Positions 1-9,695 of a stretch of DNA of 64,000 bases are shown here, in pieces; the first letter of the stretch is position 1; every line of letters starts with the position of its first letter. Source of the stretch: Clostridia bacterium (GTDB lineage: Bacteria > Bacillota > Clostridia > Christensenellales > Borkfalkiaceae). The DNA is taken from the NCBI GenBank assembly GCA_021203845.1, contig JAJQAK010000185.1:1731-65730 (forward strand), given 5' to 3'. The position numbers were made by a program, and so were the translations under genes. The notes below the pieces were generated by a model. The model saw only the letters and a list, made by a program, of their open reading frames with translations. It did not search any database and was not told the DNA's origin.

Positions 1-300
1 TTCCAACGCTACCACGGAATCGGTTTCTTCTTTGGTGTAGTAATTGTCTAAATTCTCGCTTTCGCCCTTTTCTCCCTTGAGGGTTTTCCCCGTGTCCTCG
101 CAAAGAACGAACGCATCACCCCTTTCTTTGACAAGCCACATCTCACCGTCGGGGTCAATTATCGTATCCCCCGGCTTGGGGTAAAAGTCATACGGGGTCA
201 AGTCGGCATAGTAAAAGGAGCTGTTTTCAGCCCCTTTCGCCGACACATATATCCCCCCACCTTGAACATACCCGATGCGGGTTTCTTCAATTTCTGCCAT
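1..300 (-). CDS. Tail-fibre-like protein, first 100 codons (gene continues past the left edge)
   Basis: ATG at 300-298 is preceded by GGAGGTGAG and the frame stays open to nt 1. Translation MAEIEETRIGYVQGGG...GEKGESENLDNYYTKEETD has collagen-like G-x-x triplets and a YTKxExD fibre-type motif. It is not in the ORF track because no stop lies in the window. Confidence 0.5.
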   Translation of the reverse strand, partial: MAEIEETRIGYVQGGGIYVSAKGAENSSFYYADLTPYDFYPKPGDTIIDPDGEMWLVKERGDAFVLCEDTGKTLKGEKGESENLDNYYTKEETDSVVALE

Positions 301-320
301 ACTCACCTCCTATGTGAGGT

Positions 321-1400
321 TTATTCTTTTATGGGTACAATCGCTATGCCGCCTATCGCAAGGTTGCTGTCCGCAGGCTCTTCGCCGTCCTCCCAATACT
401 CGACTATGTTCTGTCCGGCGACGACTACTCCCGCCTCATTTACGCCGACCGCGGAGTATGTGCCTGCTATATCCGTGTCCTCAAGAGCCGTCTTTGTGGC
501 CTCGGCGGTTTCTTTTGCCTCGTCGGCCGTTCCCTGTGCCGCCTCCGCTGCACTTTGAGCCGTTGCCGCGTCCGTGAGAGCCTGCGTCGCATCCGTCTGT
601 GCCTGCTCGGCTTGGGCTTTAACTTCCGTAACATGACCCTCGGCGGTATCTGCCGCGGCTTGAGCGGTTTCTGCGGCCTCTTGAGCGGCATCCGCGGCTG
701 CCTGTGCGGTTTTTACGGCTTCCTCGACATTCCCCTCGGCGGTGTTTATGGTCTCAATTTTCTCCTCAAGTTCGGCGACTTTCTCATCATACTCCGACTG
801 ATTTACGAGCCCGCCGATGATGTCGTCGATGTCGATTTCGAGTTCTTCACCCGTGGCGAGTTCTATTTTCAGCTTCTTTGTTTCCTTGTCATATTCACAA
901 GAAAGAATCATCTCCTCAAGTGGGAGGTCTATCACGGTCGTCGTTGTCGTGCCGTCCGCTTTTGTGAACGTAAACGTGTATTTGTACACCGCATCCTCTT
1001 TGTTTATGTTGAGGTCTACGACGTCCGCATACTCTTTCGCCCCCGAGAGGGCGTCCGCGACTGCCTCCTCTATCGCCTCTTGCGTCGCCGTGGAAACCGG
1101 CTTGTCCGCGTCTGCTGTGTTGTCAACGTTTCCCAATCCGAGAGTATCGGGGGTTATGTCGATGTTGCCCTGCTTGTAGCCCTCATCACCCGGCTGTTTG
1201 ATGCCCGTGACGACTCCGCCGTTCGTGATGGCTTGAATGAGCCCGTACAGCTCGGCTACCGCGTCCTCAACGTTCGTGGCAGTTATGCCATCGACCGCCG
1301 TGTAAACAATGTCCGCGCTCGTTTCGGGGTACAGTACGAGAAAGTCTTCCGCCGCCTTTAATTTAAGTTGTGATTTGATTTCGTTTGCCATTTTCGACAC
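321..1400 (-). CDS. Tail fibre protein with A/Q/E-rich coiled-coil stalk
   Basis: 359-aa ORF. It carries the motif LGLGNVDNTADADKPVSTATQ typical of phage fibre N-terminal regions, and a long AQAAADAAQEAAETAQAAAD heptad-like tract. It lies at the distal end of the tail module. Confidence 0.7.
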   Translation of the reverse strand: MSKMANEIKSQLKLKAAEDFLVLYPETSADIVYTAVDGITATNVEDAVAELYGLIQAITNGGVVTGIKQPGDEGYKQGNIDITPDTLGLGNVDNTADADKPVSTATQEAIEEAVADALSGAKEYADVVDLNINKEDAVYKYTFTFTKADGTTTTTVIDLPLEEMILSCEYDKETKKLKIELATGEELEIDIDDIIGGLVNQSEYDEKVAELEEKIETINTAEGNVEEAVKTAQAAADAAQEAAETAQAAADTAEGHVTEVKAQAEQAQTDATQALTDAATAQSAAEAAQGTADEAKETAEATKTALEDTDIAGTYSAVGVNEAGVVVAGQNIVEYWEDGEEPADSNLAIGGIAIVPIKE

Positions 1401-1414
1401 TCCTTTATTGTTTT

Positions 1415-3094
1415 TTATAATGCAAAACAGATTGATATGTTAAGCCCGTTGTCCGCAAGCCATGACATGAGTCGCCCGTTCCTATACATTGTCCAGAAAC
1501 TGTCCGTTGTCCCCAAATGTGAGGTGCGAAGCCAATACGTCGCCCCTCTCTTAAGCTCCTCGCAAGATTCGGAGGGGCTTTGGTCGCCTATGAGATTTTT
1601 GTAATATTCAAGTTGCTCGTCTTCTCCGACATACGTCTCTTTGTAGTCTTGGAAGCCCGCAAGCGTACAGCCTTCTATTGCCTTCGCGGAGTAGATTTCG
1701 GAAACTGCCGGTATGTACAGTTTTGTCGCCGTTTTTGTGACTTCCTCACCGTCCGCCACGCCCTTGTATGCCACCCTCAACACGCTTTGCAAGTCATCGG
1801 GGAAGTCCGCAAGTATCTCATCGAGTATGTCGATATTCATGTCCGTGTGCGTGTAGCCACCCTCATTCGTCGCGTTGTAATTCATGACGTACGTTGAAGC
1901 GGACAATCCCACGGTCTCAACCGTTATCGAGTTCTCGTCGTCGTGGTCAAATCCCGCGATTCTTATCTCTATCTCTTTCCCGCTTTTCGTCGTGAACTTC
2001 TTTGTGTCACCGAGCCGGTAACATCTTCTCGCTCGCCCCTCTTTGACGACTGCACTTATCGTGTCAAACGAATCCTCGGCGAGTGACTGTGATGCCGTTA
2101 TCTTTGTTATCGCTATGCCACCGTCCGCAAGCGTGTCGCTTTCCGTCTGCCCGTCTTTCCAATACTCAACCACGTTTGCCCCGTCTATCACAATGCCGTC
2201 TTTTGTCACGTTGACCTGCTGATACGTGCTTTCTTTCTCCTTGTCCGCGAATTTTCCGCCCAATGCGTCAACTCTTTCATTGAGTTCCGCTATCGCTTTT
2301 TCCGCATCCTCTTTCTTCATGTACGGCATCGTGAGCGTCACACCCGACAATTTCGCGCTTTGTTTGTTTAAAAGGTTGAGGGTGATTTTGTCGTCCTCTT
2401 GCTCCGCTTCGAGGCTTGTGCCGAACTCCAGCTCATTTATCTGTGTGCCGTTTATGGTCATTATATGGACGAACTCCCCGCTTTGGTACTGCCATAAATA
2501 ACCGCTGTCGGTGCATAGGTATATGTCGTTTTCGAGTACGTCTTTGCCCTTGCTCGCTATCTCGGCATAAATGTCCTCCGCCGTGTCTGCGAGTCCCGAA
2601 TAGAACATACCGCCCACAATGCGCCCCATAACCTGTGAGGCGTTTGAGTCGCCGAGTTTGACCTCCAAATGCCCCCATTTGTTTATGGTGAACTCCGCGT
2701 CTAACCAGTCCGCCGTGACTATTACAAGCTCGCCGTTTTCAACCTTTGTGCCTATGAATTTCGTTCCGGCTCTCTTTGCTTCGATTATCGCCTCATCCGC
2801 TTTCTCGTCTATCGCTTTGACTTCGGATATGGGTATTTTCGTCGGCTCGCCGTCTTCGTTGACTATGGTAATGTACCCTTCCGATTCCTCCAGCGCCTCA
2901 CTCTCATAGTCATCGGGGTTTTCCGACAATACCTTGATGTCCTCGGAGGTTAAATCACCCTTGACCTCCGTACCGTTTATGGTAGGGATGTTGTCAAGGT
3001 CGTTATAGTCCGGAGCGAATGACGTGAGGCGTTTGGTTATCTTCACCTCGGTGCTGTTTCCGCTCTTTCCAAACCTGTCTTCTCTGTGCTCCAT
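1415..3094 (-). CDS. Tail fibre / receptor-binding protein
   Basis: 559-aa ORF next to the other fibre genes. An internal segment (VEYWKDGQTESDTLADGGIAI) matches the C-terminus of 321..1400. The C-terminal globular part (EIRIAGFDHDD...ATYWLRTS) resembles Firmicutes surface-binding domains. The call rests on position and motifs. Confidence 0.6.
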   Translation of the reverse strand: MEHREDRFGKSGNSTEVKITKRLTSFAPDYNDLDNIPTINGTEVKGDLTSEDIKVLSENPDDYESEALEESEGYITIVNEDGEPTKIPISEVKAIDEKADEAIIEAKRAGTKFIGTKVENGELVIVTADWLDAEFTINKWGHLEVKLGDSNASQVMGRIVGGMFYSGLADTAEDIYAEIASKGKDVLENDIYLCTDSGYLWQYQSGEFVHIMTINGTQINELEFGTSLEAEQEDDKITLNLLNKQSAKLSGVTLTMPYMKKEDAEKAIAELNERVDALGGKFADKEKESTYQQVNVTKDGIVIDGANVVEYWKDGQTESDTLADGGIAITKITASQSLAEDSFDTISAVVKEGRARRCYRLGDTKKFTTKSGKEIEIRIAGFDHDDENSITVETVGLSASTYVMNYNATNEGGYTHTDMNIDILDEILADFPDDLQSVLRVAYKGVADGEEVTKTATKLYIPAVSEIYSAKAIEGCTLAGFQDYKETYVGEDEQLEYYKNLIGDQSPSESCEELKRGATYWLRTSHLGTTDSFWTMYRNGRLMSWLADNGLNISICFAL

Positions 3095-3097
3095 ATG

Positions 3098-3679
3098 TTA
3101 CCTCTCTACCGCCCAAAACCCGCTTCCGCAGATTTCGGGTCTTTTGCCGTTTTTATATTTCACTTCGAGAAAATAATCGCATACCGCCTCGTTCATTTTT
3201 TCAAGCTCGAACGAGGGAATTACAAGCACAACGTCGCCGCGCTCGAAGTGCATTTCTTTTCTGAACCCGTCCTGTAGCGGGCATACAAAGTCTATCCACT
3301 CGACGTCGGGAATGTTTTCTTTGTGTATCACGTTAAATGCGTGTCTGAATTCCATGCCCTTCTTCGCCGTTATCGTGAAGTAATAATCTTTGTTTATTTT
3401 CGACTCGACTTTGAACACGCCTTTGTGTATCAAAGTGATTTGCTGTCCGTTTTTTACCGCCGTGACATCGAACCAGCACGTACACGGTTTAAGTCTCTCG
3501 GTCTGCCTCGTCGTGAGCCTGAAACAATAGGCCCCCGCGCCGCGCGAATATCCCAAGTACACGGAGAGATTTAAGAAAGGGCACGACAGGTACACGTCCT
3601 CGGCGTTGAGGTCGTCTCCGAACTCGAACCAGTATTCCATCGCGTCGCCCTGAATGACCGATATTTCATAGTCCGCCAT
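3098..3679 (-). CDS. Hypothetical tail-module protein
   Basis: The track ORF is 3098..3757. I prefer the ATG at 3679 (MADYEIS...), which follows GGAGGTTGAC and sits directly after the stop of 3681..4013. Confidence 0.55.
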   Translation of the reverse strand: MADYEISVIQGDAMEYWFEFGDDLNAEDVYLSCPFLNLSVYLGYSRGAGAYCFRLTTRQTERLKPCTCWFDVTAVKNGQQITLIHKGVFKVESKINKDYYFTITAKKGMEFRHAFNVIHKENIPDVEWIDFVCPLQDGFRKEMHFERGDVVLVIPSFELEKMNEAVCDYFLEVKYKNGKRPEICGSGFWAVER

Positions 3680-3680
3680 G

Positions 3681-4013
3681 TCAACCTCCGTCTTCTTCCG
3701 TCGGCAGTGTGGGTATCGAGTGGCCGTTTTCGTCCGTGCCTTCGGGACTGCCGTCAACCATGAGCGTGGGTACGGTGTACGCGGCCGTCTCGTCGTACGT
3801 CACGGCTTTCGGGATATGTACGCATAAATACCCTTCGTCGTCAACATACACGTGCCGGTTTGCCTCATACACTCCGCTCTCGATATGCCAAAAATGAGGC
3901 CTGTCCAACGGCGTCCCTTCGTGTATGATTTCACCCGCCTCGTCGGTTTCCCAATCGACCCATTCCGTTCTCTCATACTCGGTTTTGTCTTTCTCGTCTT
4001 TTGTCTCCGCCAT
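3681..4013 (-). CDS. Hypothetical tail-module protein
   Basis: 110-aa ORF. The RBS GGGAGG lies 6 nt upstream of the ATG. It is tightly packed between its neighbours. Confidence 0.55.
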   Translation of the reverse strand: MAETKDEKDKTEYERTEWVDWETDEAGEIIHEGTPLDRPHFWHIESGVYEANRHVYVDDEGYLCVHIPKAVTYDETAAYTVPTLMVDGSPEGTDENGHSIPTLPTEEDGG

Positions 4014-4014
4014 G

Positions 4015-4440
4015 TCATTCCTCCCAAGGTATGTGTGTCACCTTTATGCCGCTTGTGTCCTCGTCGATTTCCTCGGATGTCTCCTTGTACTGTACCCTCA
4101 CCCTCACGGCGAAAGACTGGTACCCGTTCACGGTCGTGTTCACGTCAAATTGTCCGAGGGCTTTTTCTTTCGTTGTCCCTACGGGGTCACCGTCGTTAAT
4201 TATTTCGTCAAGGTCTTCGCTTGTGTACATCAAATATACCGTATTGATTGTGTGTGTCTTGTCGGTTTGGTCGTTTATGATTCTGAAGGTGAGCAAAATC
4301 ACGTTGCCGTTCACTTCCCTATCTATAAACTGTGCCTTCCCGACTTTAACCTCATCGTCCACCGTGTATGTGTATAATGCCTTTTTCAACTCGTCGGCGA
4401 AAGCGACGCGTCGTCCCTTTAAAAAATCACTCGTAAACAT
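4015..4440 (-). CDS. Hypothetical tail-module protein
   Basis: 141-aa ORF that overlaps its upstream neighbour by 14 nt, in operon-like packing. Confidence 0.55.
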   Translation of the reverse strand: MFTSDFLKGRRVAFADELKKALYTYTVDDEVKVGKAQFIDREVNGNVILLTFRIINDQTDKTHTINTVYLMYTSEDLDEIINDGDPVGTTKEKALGQFDVNTTVNGYQSFAVRVRVQYKETSEEIDEDTSGIKVTHIPWEE

Positions 4441-5155
4441 ACGTGTACCCAGCCTTCAATTCTTCGACGTATTTTTTGATGTATTGTCCGCACTGCCATT
4501 TTTGGTTGTAGTATTTTGTATCGCTCGCGTCCGTCATGTGCCGGAGCCCGCAACAAATTCCCGTTCGGGTGAGCCTGTCAACGACCGGCGACACGTGTAT
4601 CTCCGTCATGTACGGCGATATGCTGTAACTCAAAGAAACGCCCGCTGGCTTGAGAATCGGTAGTTTGTCAAGCGGTATCGACTGACCTTCAAGGTTGCCT
4701 ATCTCGACTATGACAGTTCCGGGATGTTCTTCGCTTTCTATGAACATGACCGAGTAATCGTCGCCCAAGATGAGCTTTATCTCGTCTACTATGTCCTGAT
4801 ATGTGCCCTGAGCCACGTTTGCCGCCGACTGGTACTTCAAATACATTCGATATTCTTCGTCTTCCAAAAGCGTGTATTCTTCCGCGGTGATAAGTTTCGC
4901 CGCATCCGCCCTCGACAAACAGAGTATGTCGCCTATTGCGTCGAGTATCTTCTCCTCGGCCACGTCCAAGTTTACAAACGCCGATATGGTGTATACCGCA
5001 TACCGCAATTCTTCCAGCTGTCTGTCCGTTTCGTCTGCGAGAATGTTGTTGAGGTTGCCCTTTTTGAACTGCTGTATCATGTCGTACATCGTGGGCTTTA
5101 TTTCATAAAAGTCCTCATACGGCAAATCGGGATTGTTCAGCTCGTCATCCGCCAT
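4427..5155 (-). CDS. Baseplate/tail protein in the position of XkdU or gpI
   Basis: 242-aa ORF immediately downstream of the baseplate-J-like gene. The call is from synteny only. Confidence 0.5.
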   Translation of the reverse strand: MADDELNNPDLPYEDFYEIKPTMYDMIQQFKKGNLNNILADETDRQLEELRYAVYTISAFVNLDVAEEKILDAIGDILCLSRADAAKLITAEEYTLLEDEEYRMYLKYQSAANVAQGTYQDIVDEIKLILGDDYSVMFIESEEHPGTVIVEIGNLEGQSIPLDKLPILKPAGVSLSYSISPYMTEIHVSPVVDRLTRTGICCGLRHMTDASDTKYYNQKWQCGQYIKKYVEELKAGYTYVYE

Positions 5156-5164
5156 AATTCTCTC

Positions 5165-6877
5165 CTATGCCGATTCGATTTTTACGGTAAGCCTGTTTTC
5201 AACGTCAAATACCGCTTTTTCTTCAAGGTTTACCGTTATGTACCTGTCCGTGTATTTATTTTCTGAAGGCTCGTCGCTCTCGTCCGTGCTTTTCGCCGCT
5301 TTGACGTTCATGTATGCCACGCCCGCCACTTTTGCGTTTATGTACGGTATCATCTGTTGTATGTAGATTGATTTGCCGGAGTCAAGCGTGTCAACATAAT
5401 CCTGAACGCCCTGCATCGTGAGCTCGGCGAGGTTTGTGGGATGGGTTTGATTCGGGTCGGTGAAAAGTGTGACTTCTACCCATACAAACACTTCGACAGG
5501 GCGCGCGAAGTTTATGGTAATGGAGCTGTTGTAGTCCGTGGGCACCTCCACGGACTCGGCCACGTCGTCGTTCGCCCCTCTCCATGTGAGTATTCCGGCG
5601 GGTTTGTAATTGTATATCTGCAAGGCTATGTCGGTCTTTTCTCCGCCGTCAACCACCACAAATATCGAGTGCGCGGGCATCCCTTCGGGGGAAACCTCAT
5701 CCGTATCGTTCTCGAAACATACGGCCGTCAATACCCCTTCGCAGTTTTGTAAAATCGCCGCCGATATACTCGCCGTCATCGCCGTTGACCTTGAGGCCTG
5801 TTTTGCCAAATATGACTGTCGCAACTGTTCGTCCGTTTCTCTTTCCGAGCCATATACCGCGATTGGCAAATTGCTTACCGCTTTAAGCCCCGTTATTTCG
5901 TTTATGATTGTATCGACCGCTCCGGCGTTCAGATGGTATTCGCCGTTTTCCTCGGTCTTGAACTGCATGACCGTGCTCATGCTTTCCGCCGTCATGTTCT
6001 TGCTGAAGTTCATCGCGGCGTTCGTGTACTCATCCCGCGAGGCGATTGATAATACGTCCGTACCGTTTAGGTCCTCTATGTTCGTTATGTATTTCGCGCT
6101 CTCGCCCTCGTTTATTTTTTCCAAAAGCCCTTCCAGTATTGCACGCCTTAAAGTCGTCTCATACTCGTCGTAGTAGCTCGATTCGACATTGTAATAAATT
6201 AACAGTTTTGCCGCGTATTGCTCGGTGTAATTGGGCGGCATTGAATAGGTATTCGTCTCATCATTATAATCCATTCCCAAGACGCCGTTTTCATAGTCGT
6301 GTATTATACCTATCTCGTCTTCGGTGAAAAGTCCGGCTTTTTCAAGCTCCAAATCTATGCTCGCCTTGGCGAGCGACGTGTACGCGTACTCCGTGTCACT
6401 CAACGTTATCGTGTACGTTTCTTCTTCAGAGGGCGACGGGATGCCGATAAGACATTTGTTGAATTCGTCCCTTGCGATATAGCCGTCGTTTACGGGCACC
6501 ATGTATATTGTGGGGCTCGCGCTCGTCGCTATTCTTGCCTCGTCTGCGGATATTCTCGTGCCGTCGTCGCCCGTGCATACGATATAATATTTTGTCGGCG
6601 TGCTTTCTTTTCTCGTGACTCCGGCAAACTGACAGGCGTAATCCAAATTTATGCCCTCGGCCGTGGAAGGAAACATATTAAAGTATACGGCCTCTATCGT
6701 TTCCCACATCTCCGCTATTTTGTCGGAAAGACTCGAAATGAGAACATTGATATAGCTTTTGGGATTCGTGGCGACGTCTATTCCCGTACCATTCTTTATT
6801 GCGAGTTGAAACTCCTCATATATGGCATCATAGCGTTTTCTGTTGAACCCCTGTTTGGTCACTCCGTAATCAGACAT
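5165..6877 (-). CDS. Baseplate J-like protein
   Basis: 570-aa ORF. Its size and position (after a gp25/W-like gene, before the fibres) are typical of the Baseplate_J family. Confidence 0.7.
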   Translation of the reverse strand: MSDYGVTKQGFNRKRYDAIYEEFQLAIKNGTGIDVATNPKSYINVLISSLSDKIAEMWETIEAVYFNMFPSTAEGINLDYACQFAGVTRKESTPTKYYIVCTGDDGTRISADEARIATSASPTIYMVPVNDGYIARDEFNKCLIGIPSPSEEETYTITLSDTEYAYTSLAKASIDLELEKAGLFTEDEIGIIHDYENGVLGMDYNDETNTYSMPPNYTEQYAAKLLIYYNVESSYYDEYETTLRRAILEGLLEKINEGESAKYITNIEDLNGTDVLSIASRDEYTNAAMNFSKNMTAESMSTVMQFKTEENGEYHLNAGAVDTIINEITGLKAVSNLPIAVYGSERETDEQLRQSYLAKQASRSTAMTASISAAILQNCEGVLTAVCFENDTDEVSPEGMPAHSIFVVVDGGEKTDIALQIYNYKPAGILTWRGANDDVAESVEVPTDYNSSITINFARPVEVFVWVEVTLFTDPNQTHPTNLAELTMQGVQDYVDTLDSGKSIYIQQMIPYINAKVAGVAYMNVKAAKSTDESDEPSENKYTDRYITVNLEEKAVFDVENRLTVKIESA

Positions 6878-7238
6878 CTATAACCACCTCCTCCGCGACC
6901 TGCGTGATGTCCGCTCCGTCCTCTATCGTGCATTTGAAACTCACGTCGCATTTTCTTGTACTCTTGTCTAAATCCACCGTCAAAGAATCGACGGAGACGA
7001 CTCCCTCGACCGACAATATCTCTTTTCTTATACGGCTCGCGAAAAGCGAAGTGGACGGGTTTTTCACGAAGACCTCCTCATAGTACGGCAACCCGAAATC
7101 GGGCCTCATGCGCCATTCGTTCAAAAACCACTTCAGCCGTATAATTATCGCCTGCGGTATGCTGTCCGTTATCTCGACGTCCCCCGTTATCGGCGACAAA
7201 TATAAGTCTCCGTCTTTTGTGATACGTAAGTCTTTCAT
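6870..7238 (-). CDS. Small baseplate protein (gpW/gp25/XkdS-like)
   Basis: 122-aa ORF overlapping the J-like gene by 8 nt. The pattern ...WRMRPDFGLPYYEEVF... is typical of this small baseplate family. Confidence 0.6.
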   Translation of the reverse strand: MKDLRITKDGDLYLSPITGDVEITDSIPQAIIIRLKWFLNEWRMRPDFGLPYYEEVFVKNPSTSLFASRIRKEILSVEGVVSVDSLTVDLDKSTRKCDVSFKCTIEDGADITQVAEEVVIDV

Positions 7239-7301
7239 TGTAAAACCCCGTGAGAGCCGCGAGGACGTTCTCTACGGCTCGTCTTTCTCTTTCTCGTATA
7301 T

Positions 7302-7910
7302 TTATTCGGGTTCGCCCGATTCGTCTGTATCGCCGTCCTCGTCGCTCTCTGCACCCTTGTCCGTATCGTCGTCCTCGGCGCTTTCCCCGTCCTCATCCGT
7401 GGAAGCGTACAAATGCCCCGTGACATACACATCGCCCTTGAGGACTATCCCGCCCTCCGTGAGAGTTATCTGCGCGTCCCCGTTCCGTATTATTACCGAG
7501 TCGTCTTTTTGCGCCGTTTGAAAATCTTTTCCGGGCGTCTTCATTATGCCGGGGATGCACACCGCACCTGACAGCGAGTGTTTGAGTGTTGAGCTTGTGT
7601 TGCCGAGTCCGAGCCATTTCTCGGTCGCCTGTTCGGAAAAAACGATAAGACAGTCGTCGCCTTCTTTTACGGGGAAAACCATGCCGCGGTCACCCGCGTA
7701 CGGAAAGACAATCGGCACTCCGGGGATGTCGGGATAGTTCAGCTCCTCACCGTTGAAATTCATCTTTGCCGCGGGCCTCACCTTTGCAAGTCCTTTGCCC
7801 GCATCCACCTCGACTATCTCACCGGGGAGGGCCGTGTGTATGTCTTGAATTTCATTGCTTATGATTCTTTTGAGTTGTGTCGGAAATTCCAACATCGGGC
7901 TTTTTGCCAT
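7302..7910 (-). CDS. Baseplate spike/hub protein (Mu gp45 / Gp138-N-like) with acidic C-terminal tail
   Basis: 202-aa ORF. The segment PGVPIVFPYAGDRGMVFPVKEGDDCLIVFSEQ resembles spike N-terminal OB-fold families. The C-terminus is a D/E/G/S-rich tail. Confidence 0.6.
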   Translation of the reverse strand: MAKSPMLEFPTQLKRIISNEIQDIHTALPGEIVEVDAGKGLAKVRPAAKMNFNGEELNYPDIPGVPIVFPYAGDRGMVFPVKEGDDCLIVFSEQATEKWLGLGNTSSTLKHSLSGAVCIPGIMKTPGKDFQTAQKDDSVIIRNGDAQITLTEGGIVLKGDVYVTGHLYASTDEDGESAEDDDTDKGAESDEDGDTDESGEPE

Positions 7911-7912
7911 TA

Positions 7913-8845
7913 CTATCCCTCGCTCTGCGTTGTGTAATCATCTGTCCATGTGGCTTCTTCCACGGTCGCCGTACACTGCCAGTCTCCCGAAATGTTGTCC
8001 CCCGTTATCTGTAGGTCGGAGACAAAATAAATGCCTCTCGCTATGTTTGTCTCAAGCATTATAAGAGACCCCACGCCTATCGCTCCGTTCATGAAGTACG
8101 TTATTTCGTAACCATACAAGGTGTCCTGCAGCGAGCCCGTGTCGGTTGAGTTCACGGCCGAGTTGTACACCCTTTTCGGTGTTCCCGTAAGCCCCGTTTC
8201 TTCATTGAGCAAAAAGATGTATGTGTCTATGCCCTCATTTGAGTACATGACCTGCAGCACTCCGTTTTGGAGCGACCATGAAACATCCGTCCCGTCGCAT
8301 ATCTCGGTAAGTATGTCCTCCGCATATCCTATGTGTACGTACCCGTTTCCGAATTTTTTCTGTTCAAGTTTTAGTTGAGCGTTCGCGGAGTATGTCACGG
8401 GCGTGCCTATTCTGTTTGACACGTCCGACAGAATTTGATATGCGGAAACTCCGGCGGCATATGATACCGCCAAGGTTGTCTGCGTCGTTTCCAAAAAACA
8501 GTCCACGCACTCTATCTCTATGTTCCAATCGGCCCCGTCCCTTTGCTTTGACAAATTCGTGACCGTTCCGCTGAACACCACGGGTCTTGAATCGCCGTAA
8601 CCCGCGCAAAGTTGCAGAGAGCAGTTTACTTTCGTGAGTATGTCGATATGCGCCTGCGACAAATTCCAAATGTTCATCTTTGCCGAGTTGTACGTTATCT
8701 CGTCCGTACGTTGCACGGAAAAACTTATGTGTATCGCTCTCCCGTCCTCGGCTTGCTGGCCTATCGTGAAGCCGTCGTATGTGCCGTCGTCGTTTTGCAC
8801 GGTCGCCGTGAGCCTGTACTGTCTGTCCCAGTTATGCTCCTGCAT
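7913..8845 (-). CDS. Baseplate hub / late-control-D-like (XkdQ-position) protein
   Basis: 310-aa ORF between the tape-measure-proximal genes and the spike. The call is from synteny. Confidence 0.5.
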   Translation of the reverse strand: MQEHNWDRQYRLTATVQNDDGTYDGFTIGQQAEDGRAIHISFSVQRTDEITYNSAKMNIWNLSQAHIDILTKVNCSLQLCAGYGDSRPVVFSGTVTNLSKQRDGADWNIEIECVDCFLETTQTTLAVSYAAGVSAYQILSDVSNRIGTPVTYSANAQLKLEQKKFGNGYVHIGYAEDILTEICDGTDVSWSLQNGVLQVMYSNEGIDTYIFLLNEETGLTGTPKRVYNSAVNSTDTGSLQDTLYGYEITYFMNGAIGVGSLIMLETNIARGIYFVSDLQITGDNISGDWQCTATVEEATWTDDYTTQSEG

Positions 8846-9167
8846 CGTATGCCTCCACTTCCGACTTCGTGAAATATGCTATTTGCGCGTTGCCGTTGTT
8901 GAAGTCCTCGCGCCCTATTCTGTCGAGTTTCGTGACGAGGCCGAAATAACCTTGCGGCAACTCTATGTATTGTCTGCACCAATGATTTACGGGGTATCTC
9001 GGCACCAGCTTTATGCTCGTTATGTATGGTGTCTCCGTATTGCGGTAAAAGCCCATCGACCAATATCCGCCTATGTAGTTGTAAGAAAACCTCAAGATGT
9101 ATTCCTTGTTTTCCAGTATGATTCTCGTCACGCTGTCGTTACTGTCGGGCGGTGTGAAATATACCAT
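8832..9167 (-). CDS. Hypothetical tail protein
   Basis: 111-aa ORF overlapping its neighbour by 14 nt. Confidence 0.5.
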   Translation of the reverse strand: MVYFTPPDSNDSVTRIILENKEYILRFSYNYIGGYWSMGFYRNTETPYITSIKLVPRYPVNHWCRQYIELPQGYFGLVTKLDRIGREDFNNGNAQIAYFTKSEVEAYDAGA

Positions 9168-9178
9168 GTTCCGCCTCC

Positions 9179-9691
9179 TTATTTATCGTACAGATACCCT
9201 ACGTCCAGCTCTCCCGTTTCCGTTGACGTCGTACCCGTGGGGTACTGCGTTTCTCCGCTGTAATCGTACGTCGCGGCACATACCGTTATCGGCGTCGTCA
9301 ATGTGACCTGTTTAAGCGATATGCTTATCTGCATGGCGTTTGAGTAGTCTTGTTCGGGAAAGCTCAAAGAGGTTATCGCCATGTTCTCATATATCGAATC
9401 GGGTGTCGTCAATGTGTACAACTCTCCCGAATAAAACATATCCAAGAGCTTGTCTTTAAAGTCTATAACTCTGTCCAGTCCCGAAATTTCCGTCCGGTGC
9501 GATACAATCATCTCGCTCACAAAAACTTCAAGCGACAGCTCCAACGGCTCCCTCAATATCGTGTCGGCCGTGTACGAACCGCTTTCGACGGGGTATTGCG
9601 GCACGGTCGCCGAATACTCGACGCTCCTTGAGACCACGCACTCGAACTGCAAGTCGCCGAGTTTTGACGGTACCTTCGCTATTCTCGGCAT
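9179..9691 (-). CDS. Tail/baseplate protein downstream of the tape measure (Mu gp43 N-terminal-like)
   Basis: 170-aa ORF. The call is from position, with weak motif resemblance (YPVESGSYTADTILREP). Confidence 0.45.
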   Translation of the reverse strand: MPRIAKVPSKLGDLQFECVVSRSVEYSATVPQYPVESGSYTADTILREPLELSLEVFVSEMIVSHRTEISGLDRVIDFKDKLLDMFYSGELYTLTTPDSIYENMAITSLSFPEQDYSNAMQISISLKQVTLTTPITVCAATYDYSGETQYPTGTTSTETGELDVGYLYDK

Positions 9692-9695
9692 ATCG

